A DNA stretch of 64,000 nucleotides. Origin: a virus. The DNA lies in IMG/VR virus record IMGVR_UViG_3300018432_000013, positions 32,001 to 96,000 of that record, one strand, 5' to 3'. How positions within the stretch are numbered: the first letter of the stretch is position 1; each line of letters begins with the position of its first letter. Shown piece by piece: positions 57,942 to 64,000 of the stretch. The position numbers and the translations under genes were made by a program. Under the pieces are notes generated by a model that saw only the letters and a program-made list of their open reading frames with translations, made no database searches and was not told where the DNA came from.

Positions 57942-60578
57942 GTGCGAACACTCCCGCTGTTCGAGGCTCCGCTCCCCACACCCATCGCCACCGGCCCGCG
58001 GCTCATCCGCGAGGACAAGTGCCGACGCTGTGAGCTCGGAGGCTTCGGCCACACGACCTGCATCCCGGCCGAAGGCGTTGAGGGGAAAGACTCGGCTCAA
58101 GGACTTGTGCTGGTGATTGGCGACTCACCGACCTTGGAAGAAGACCGGCAAGGCCGCCCGATGATTGGCGTCAACGGGCGCTCGGTCCGGCGCGTGATCG
58201 AAAAGCACTGGGCCGGCGACTACGTGCTCGACTACGCCGTGCGCTGCCACGTCACGCGCCGCGACACAAAGGTCGTGCCGGAAGCGCAGAAGCAGTGCGC
58301 GCCCTATCTGCGCGAGACGTTCACGCAGACGATGCCCGATCGCGTACTCGTGATCGGGGGGCCCGCTGCGCGCGCTGTGCTTGGGCGTAGCGTCAAGCCA
58401 TTCGACACGCGCAAGAACTACACCTGGGTCGAGCACATGAGCGGGAAGAAAGTCCCCGTGTTCGTGCTGATGGCAGTCGCAGGCTCCGTGCGAAACAGGC
58501 ACCTGCTGCGCATGCTCGAAGAAGACTTCGCGTGGGCACTCACCGTCGATCTGGCCACGCTCATGCCGCCGCTCGACCTCGATCCGAACGCCGTGTTTCA
58601 CATCGTGGAAAACGAGGCCGATGCGCGCGTCGCATCCGACGCGCTGCGTGAGCACGACTGGGTAGCGTACGACTGCGAGACGGGAGGCCGGCAGTTCTCA
58701 AGCTTCTTTCGCAACGTGTGCGTGGGCGTAGCGCCCGCCGAGGGCGACACCGCGTACGTCTGGGGCCGTCAAGCCCTCGCTGACGCAGGCGCCCTCGGCG
58801 TGCTCCGAGAGCTTATGGAAGATCCCGCCGTCGGCAAGGTCGGGCACAACGAGAAATACGACAAGCTGTCGCTGCGCGCCGGCAGTGAGACCCTCGTCCA
58901 AGGCCACGTGCTCGATACGCAGCTCGCGCGTCACCTCGAGCTCCCGGGCTGCGATGCGCAGCTGAACACGGTGAGCGAGCTCGTCGGCATGGGCGGCTAC
59001 TGGGAGAGCTTCTTGCCGCATCTGAAGCGCGCGCAGGAGCTCGTCAAAAAAGCGCGCACGAAGTCGAACAAGGGGCGCCAGCTCCGGCTGCTCGACGAGG
59101 ACGAGGTGCTTGTCGCGGCCATCGAGCATCCCAAGGAAGACGTCGACGCGTACGCGTACGCGCTCGTGAAGTCGCCACTGCTCGAACGCTACAACGCGTG
59201 TGACTGCATCGCGACGGCGCGCGCGGCGCGCTCACGCTCGGGCTTTGAGCTCGTGACCAAGTTCCCGCCCGCGCGCAACATCTGGCGTAGCGTCGTCCGC
59301 CACACCACCAACGCGATCGAACAGATCGAAGCGTGGGGCATCGCTGTGGACGACGGCGCGATGGAGCAGTTCAACCGCTACATCGCAGGCGAAGTAGAAA
59401 AGGTCGAGCGCCGACTCAGCCTCTACAAGATCAACCCAGCGTCCCCAGACCAAGTTGCCGAGCTCCTCTTCGACAAACTCAAGCTGCGCAACCCGCAAAA
59501 TCCGAAGTCGCGCTCGACCGACAAGAAGGCGCTCAAGGCGATGCTGGGCCAGCACCCGGTCATCGAAGACCTGCGCGAGCACAGACGGCTTGGCAAACTC
59601 GACAGCGCCTACGGCTCGCTCGGCGCGTTCGTGCGCGCGGACGGGCGCATTCATCCGAGCTTCAAGATTGACGGCGCTGAAACGGGACGCCTCTCAGTCG
59701 TCGACCCGGCCCTGCATACGCTTCCGCGCAGCAAGGACGCGGAAGGTCACGAGGAGGGCGGGCTCGTCAAGAGCATGTTCTGCGCGCGCTTAGGTTACAG
59801 ACTCCTCGAGCTCGACCAGTCGCAGATCGAGCTGCGCGCTGCCTGCATTCTTTCTGGCGACCCGGTGATGCGGCAAATCTTCACTTCAGGCGAAGACTTT
59901 CACCTCACCTCGGCCAAGCTCATCGCCCCGACGATGTGGAACATGGCACCGGAAGACGTGGGCGATGCGCAGCGCAGCGTCACGAAGAGCTTCGTGTTCG
60001 GGCTGCTCTACGGCATGACCGACTACGGCATGGCCGCGCGCATGAACTGCTCACTCGACGAGGCTGCGCGACTGCGCGCGGCCATCATGGGCAAGTTCAC
60101 GCGCCTCGCTGACTGGATCACGGAGTGCGTGCGGGAGGCGCGCAAAACAGGCCTCGTGGTGACTCCTTGGATGGGCGCGCCCGGACGCATCCGCGATCTG
60201 CACCAGATTGTGAACTTCGACGCGGGCGACTACAGCCCTGAGAACACCAAGGCGATGGCCGCCAAGCGCACGGCAGAAAACGGCGCCGTCAACACGCCCT
60301 GCCAGACACTCGCGAGTGACTTTGTGCTGCATGCGCTCTGCACGCGCATCGTGCCTTGGCTGCAGCAGGACCACTCAGTCGACGCCAAGGTCGTGATGAC
60401 CGTGCACGACTCCATCCTCTTCGAGGTCCGAGAAGACCAGCTGCGGCTTGTCTCACGCACCGCGCGCCAGATGATGGCCGACTACGAGACCGGGGGGTTG
60501 CCGCTCGTGGTCGACGAGAAGGAGGGCGCGAACTGGGGTAACCTCGACAAGGTGCCAAAGCTTCAAGCAGCAGCCTAA
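57942..60578 (+). CDS. polA: Family A DNA polymerase with N-terminal uracil-DNA glycosylase-like domain
   Basis: C..C.L...GDSP..EED..GRP..G (UDG family 4-like); exonuclease DCET, HN.KYD, YN..D; polymerase DQSQIELR, R...K...FG.LYG, HDS. Confidence 0.92.
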   Translation: MRTLPLFEAPLPTPIATGPRLIREDKCRRCELGGFGHTTCIPAEGVEGKDSAQGLVLVIGDSPTLEEDRQGRPMIGVNGRSVRRVIEKHWAGDYVLDYAVRCHVTRRDTKVVPEAQKQCAPYLRETFTQTMPDRVLVIGGPAARAVLGRSVKPFDTRKNYTWVEHMSGKKVPVFVLMAVAGSVRNRHLLRMLEEDFAWALTVDLATLMPPLDLDPNAVFHIVENEADARVASDALREHDWVAYDCETGGRQFSSFFRNVCVGVAPAEGDTAYVWGRQALADAGALGVLRELMEDPAVGKVGHNEKYDKLSLRAGSETLVQGHVLDTQLARHLELPGCDAQLNTVSELVGMGGYWESFLPHLKRAQELVKKARTKSNKGRQLRLLDEDEVLVAAIEHPKEDVDAYAYALVKSPLLERYNACDCIATARAARSRSGFELVTKFPPARNIWRSVVRHTTNAIEQIEAWGIAVDDGAMEQFNRYIAGEVEKVERRLSLYKINPASPDQVAELLFDKLKLRNPQNPKSRSTDKKALKAMLGQHPVIEDLREHRRLGKLDSAYGSLGAFVRADGRIHPSFKIDGAETGRLSVVDPALHTLPRSKDAEGHEEGGLVKSMFCARLGYRLLELDQSQIELRAACILSGDPVMRQIFTSGEDFHLTSAKLIAPTMWNMAPEDVGDAQRSVTKSFVFGLLYGMTDYGMAARMNCSLDEAARLRAAIMGKFTRLADWITECVREARKTGLVVTPWMGAPGRIRDLHQIVNFDAGDYSPENTKAMAAKRTAENGAVNTPCQTLASDFVLHALCTRIVPWLQQDHSVDAKVVMTVHDSILFEVREDQLRLVSRTARQMMADYETGGLPLVVDEKEGANWGNLDKVPKLQAAA

Positions 60579-60905
60579 GAGATGAGGCGCCACCCCAAGC
60601 GCGTAGCGTAACGCACCTGCCAGCCTCTTTGTCCGCGCGCGCTCGCATGCGCGGGCACTAACCCTTCTTGTGATCCGCGTGCCGGAACAAGAAGGGAACC
60701 AAGCCATGGCCACAGGCAACCTGCACGAACTAGCGCGCATCAGGAACGCAGGCGTCCTTGCGCATGTGACGTCGCCTACCGAGCGCTACGTTTTTCCGCG
60801 CTGCTCGCGCCAATCGGCGAGGGGCAGGGCACCAACGTCAGAGTCTGGCATCAGACCTACGTCTTCCCTCTCTTCCTCTCTCCCTCTCTTCAGTGAGCCG
60901 TACCC

Positions 60906-61382
60906 ATGACCCGAGCGCTGCGACAGGCCGATCCCTTAGAGGCACGCGACGAGTTTTTGAGGCAGTGCCTCGAGATCTCCATCACCGACCTCAACGCTGA
61001 GTTCATCAAGGTCCCCGGCGAGATCGCCTACTGGGGCGAGCAGCTCTCCTCGGCCACGTTCGCCCACGCGTCCGCCAAGCTTGCGTACGAGCGCGAGCGC
61101 GGGCGCATGTTCACGTTGCTGCGCAACCGCCACGTAGAGGGCAAGAAGCCTCTGCCCGTTGATGCGATCGAAGCTGTCATCGCAGAAGACGACGAGCTCT
61201 ACGAGCTGCAGCTTGAGGTCCTGCAAAAGGACGCGGCACGGATGCACATCAAGAGCATCTACGACGCGGTCTCCCGCAAGGCCGACATGCTCCAAAGCCT
61301 GGGCGCCAAGATCCGCGAAGAGCGGCGCGGCGAGCCGGCTCTGCGTCAACGCGACGCTGAACGTCACCTCACCGGCGAGTAA
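60906..61382 (+). CDS. UvsY-like recombination mediator
   Basis: Helical 158 aa between polymerase and SSB/RecA; I...DLN.EF...P...AY...K..MLQSLG pattern. Confidence 0.55.
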   Translation: MTRALRQADPLEARDEFLRQCLEISITDLNAEFIKVPGEIAYWGEQLSSATFAHASAKLAYERERGRMFTLLRNRHVEGKKPLPVDAIEAVIAEDDELYELQLEVLQKDAARMHIKSIYDAVSRKADMLQSLGAKIREERRGEPALRQRDAERHLTGE

Positions 61383-61435
61383 GTCGTGATCGCCGGCCTG
61401 CGTCTGCACACACCCTTCGACAAGGAACATTCGCC

Positions 61436-62302
61436 ATGGCCGCTGGTACGCACATTCAGAAGTGGGGCTCGTACGACACCGATGAAGCCGAGAAGGACAA
61501 GAAAGCCGTAGAGCGTAAGGGCATCTACTTCAAGATCAAGAATAACAAGACGCAGCTCCGCTTCCTGCCGCCCAAGCGTGGTCAAAAAAACCCCTTCATC
61601 AAGACATGGCAGCACTTCGTGGCGCTCGTGCCCGGAGATGACCGCACGACCGTCATCTTCAACTGCCCCAAGCGCATGATGCAAAAGCCTTGCGCACTCT
61701 GCGCGCAGGCAGAGAAGAAGTTCGCAACGGGCAAGAAGGCTGACCAGGACCGCGCCTACGATCTACGCGCCAAGCTCCGCGTCTACGCCGCCATCGTCGA
61801 CCGCGACGACGAAGACAAAGGCGTGCAGACCTTCGCATTCGGACAGACCATCTTCGAGCAGCTGATCAACATCCGAGACGACATCGATTTCACGCACCCG
61901 ATTGACGGCTGCGACATCACGATTCTTCGCAAGGGCACGGGCAAGCGCGACACCGAGTACAACGTGAAGGCAGTTCGCAACAACTCCGCGCTGCACGAGG
62001 ATGCGGCGAAGATGGACGAGTGGTTCGATGCCCTGCCTGACCTCGTGCAGAACGCCTACGTGCCGACCCCGGAAGAGGTCAACGCGAAGATGGACGAGGC
62101 CTTGAACAAAGCGGACGAAGACAACAGCGAAGAGCGTAAGCCACGCCGTGGCTCCATCGACAACGAGGCGCGCCGCCCCGCTGCTGCACGTGCGCCAGTC
62201 GCCAACGACAACGGAGGCACCATCGACACTGATGGTGAAGCGGTCGATCCCGGCACTGAACTCGAGCCCGAGGCCGAGGAAGACGATCTGTGGCGGCGCT
62301 GA
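61436..62302 (+). CDS. T4 gp32-like single-stranded DNA-binding protein
   Basis: LRFLPP, H...C....C..C, G.D..I..KG.G..TEY, acidic C-terminus. Confidence 0.8.
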   Translation: MAAGTHIQKWGSYDTDEAEKDKKAVERKGIYFKIKNNKTQLRFLPPKRGQKNPFIKTWQHFVALVPGDDRTTVIFNCPKRMMQKPCALCAQAEKKFATGKKADQDRAYDLRAKLRVYAAIVDRDDEDKGVQTFAFGQTIFEQLINIRDDIDFTHPIDGCDITILRKGTGKRDTEYNVKAVRNNSALHEDAAKMDEWFDALPDLVQNAYVPTPEEVNAKMDEALNKADEDNSEERKPRRGSIDNEARRPAAARAPVANDNGGTIDTDGEAVDPGTELEPEAEEDDLWRR

Positions 62303-62332
62303 GCGCGACCTCCTCCGCTCGGCTCCTTCTGG

Positions 62333-62371
62333 CCCGCCTTCTGTGATGCCACACGGAAGGCGGGTTTTTTC
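62333..62371 (+). terminator. Rho-independent terminator
   Basis: CCCGCCTTCtGTG-loop-CACgGAAGGCGGG followed by T6. Confidence 0.85.
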
Positions 62372-62381
62372 TTGAGGCCGC

Positions 62382-64000
62382 ATGACCACCAAAAAGAAAA
62401 TCACCGAGGCTGTCGCAGACAGCGCAAGCGACCAGCGCAAGCTCGACGCGGCCAAGAAAGTGCTCGACGGTGTATTCGGTAAGCGCATGGCTGTCGGCAG
62501 CAACTCCGAAGTCGACGAGGTGATCCCCACAGGTCTCGAGGTGGTCGACCGCTATGTGCTTGGCATCGGTGGCTGGCCCGTGCGGCGCGTCTGCGAACTC
62601 TTCTCTGACCCTTCGGCGGGTAAGGCGCAGCCCATCTCGACTCTGCTGCCGACCCCGAACGGGTGGCGGCGGTTGGGTGATCTGCGGCCAGGAGATCTCG
62701 TATTTGGATCTGACGGTAAGCCAACACAGGTCTTGGGTGTCTTTCCCCAAGGCCGCAAACGAACTTATCGCGTGCACTTCCGCGACGGCGCTTCAACGCG
62801 CTGCTGCGGCCAGCACCTCTGGGCGGTAAATACCAAAGCACGCCTACGTCGAGGCCATGCAGTGCTGGTGCGCAGCACGAAGGAGCTACTCAACGACCTA
62901 CATTGGAAGGGACCGCACGGCATCAAGGAAGCCAAGTGGCGGGTGCAGCTTGCTGCACCCGTACAGTTCCCCGAAGCCGATTTACCCGTCGACCCATACG
63001 TTATGGGTGCACTGCTTGGGGACGGGTGCCTCACGCGAGGCGCGTGCATCTCCATGCACAACCCTGAACTAGCCGCGCGTGTGCTCGCGCGACTCCCAAC
63101 GGGTGACAGTGGCGTCTTCGACGGTAAATGGCTACGCATTCGGCGAGCCGTACGTGGACACGACCATCGTGGTGTGATGCTGCAGTCAACTACGCTCGCA
63201 ACGCTCAGTCACTATGGCTTGCGACATCGAGCGGAGGCCAAGTTCGTTCCCGCGCCGTACTTACTCGGATCCGTCGAGCAGCGACTGGAGCTGCTCCGAG
63301 GGATTTTCGATACGGATGGGCACGCTGACAAAGGGTATGTCGACTTTGGTACAGTGAGCGCCCAGCTTGCCGAGGACGTAGTAACACTGGTGCGCTCCCT
63401 GGGTGGTGTCGCCCAGGTACGCGTGAAAGGGCAATCTACGTACGAATACCGTGGTGAAACGCGCCAAGGACAGATCGTCTACCGCGTTTGTGCGCGGCTT
63501 GATGATCTCATTCCCGTCACGCTCTCGAAGCATCTTGCGCGGTACAAACGCACTGAGCGCATTCCGCGCACGCTCACTCGAATCGAGCGGGATCGAATCG
63601 AGGAGTCCGTGTGCATCAAGGTTGCCGCACAGAACGGCCTCTACGTGACCGAGGACTTCATCGTTACACACAACACAAGCCTCGGCTTTGCAGCGCTCGC
63701 GAGCGCGCAGCGCGAAGGTGGACTTGCGATCCTGATCGAAACCGAGGATGCGCTCCAGGTGGCGCGTGCCACGATCTTCGGGGTGAACCTGAGCGAAGTG
63801 TTTCTCTCTGAGCCCGTTTCGATCGAAGACGTGCTCGAAGGGATTCGCCTTGGACTTGCTGCCATCCCCGAGGGTGTTGGCCCAAACCTCATCGTATGGG
63901 ATTCCATCGCCATGTCCGCGCTCGCTGCGACCAACGAAAAAGGGCAGGGCGCCAAAGGCGTCGGGCGTAAAGCTGCGCTGATGAGCGAGCAGTGGCCAAG
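62382..64000 (+). CDS. recA: RecA/UvsX recombinase containing an intein (runs off window edge)
   Basis: Not in the ORF track. Manual translation: IPTG...D..LGIGGWP..R..E..SDPSAGK|intein|TSL...AQ..GG.A..IETE.AL...IVWDSI. Confidence 0.9.
   Translation, partial: MTTKKKITEAVADSASDQRKLDAAKKVLDGVFGKRMAVGSNSEVDEVIPTGLEVVDRYVLGIGGWPVRRVCELFSDPSAGKAQPISTLLPTPNGWRRLGDLRPGDLVFGSDGKPTQVLGVFPQGRKRTYRVHFRDGASTRCCGQHLWAVNTKARLRRGHAVLVRSTKELLNDLHWKGPHGIKEAKWRVQLAAPVQFPEADLPVDPYVMGALLGDGCLTRGACISMHNPELAARVLARLPTGDSGVFDGKWLRIRRAVRGHDHRGVMLQSTTLATLSHYGLRHRAEAKFVPAPYLLGSVEQRLELLRGIFDTDGHADKGYVDFGTVSAQLAEDVVTLVRSLGGVAQVRVKGQSTYEYRGETRQGQIVYRVCARLDDLIPVTLSKHLARYKRTERIPRTLTRIERDRIEESVCIKVAAQNGLYVTEDFIVTHNTSLGFAALASAQREGGLAILIETEDALQVARATIFGVNLSEVFLSEPVSIEDVLEGIRLGLAAIPEGVGPNLIVWDSIAMSALAATNEKGQGAKGVGRKAALMSEQWP
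62625..63674 (+). mobile_element. Class 3 intein with LAGLIDADG homing endonuclease (350 aa)
   Basis: Starts AQP, block B HLW, MGALLGDG and LRGIFDTDG, block F VCIKV, ends YVTEDFIVTHN|T; inserted in Walker A between K and T. Confidence 0.9.

Overview
The window is a GC-rich slice of a contractile-tailed phage or prophage genome with no host housekeeping genes. The host is inferred to be a myxobacterium (Polyangiales-like) from three Uma2 nucleases and a DAG/DAS-rich lipoprotein. Layout: (1) 1-24.8 kb, a minus-strand virion and packaging module with tail sheath, neck proteins, PBSX XkdG-like capsid, XkdF protease, gpF-like protein, portal and TerL, plus an Orn-like nuclease and a matrixin; (2) 24.8-34 kb, minus-strand accessory genes including a Cas4-like nuclease, three tandem Uma2 genes and an XRE regulator; (3) 34.2-43.2 kb, a plus-strand array of about 18 tiny genes, most in their own repeat-bounded unit; (4) 43-49 kb, VapBC, secreted proteins and Zn-finger genes; (5) 49-64 kb, a sigma factor, SF2 helicase, DnaB-like helicase, Endo VII-type homing endonuclease, primase, UDG-PolA fusion, UvsY-like, gp32-like SSB and a RecA with a class 3 LAGLIDADG intein. 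The best candidate for an undescribed system is the 34-43 kb array. It has seven sigma28/FliA-type promoters, 13 genes sharing one RBS decamer (ACGGGAGCAC), a non-coding tract with 12 antisense copies of that RBS core, and about 36 strand-polarised GCACACGG octamers. Three other recurrent cis motifs occur across the window. All motif counts are by eye and no database searches were run.
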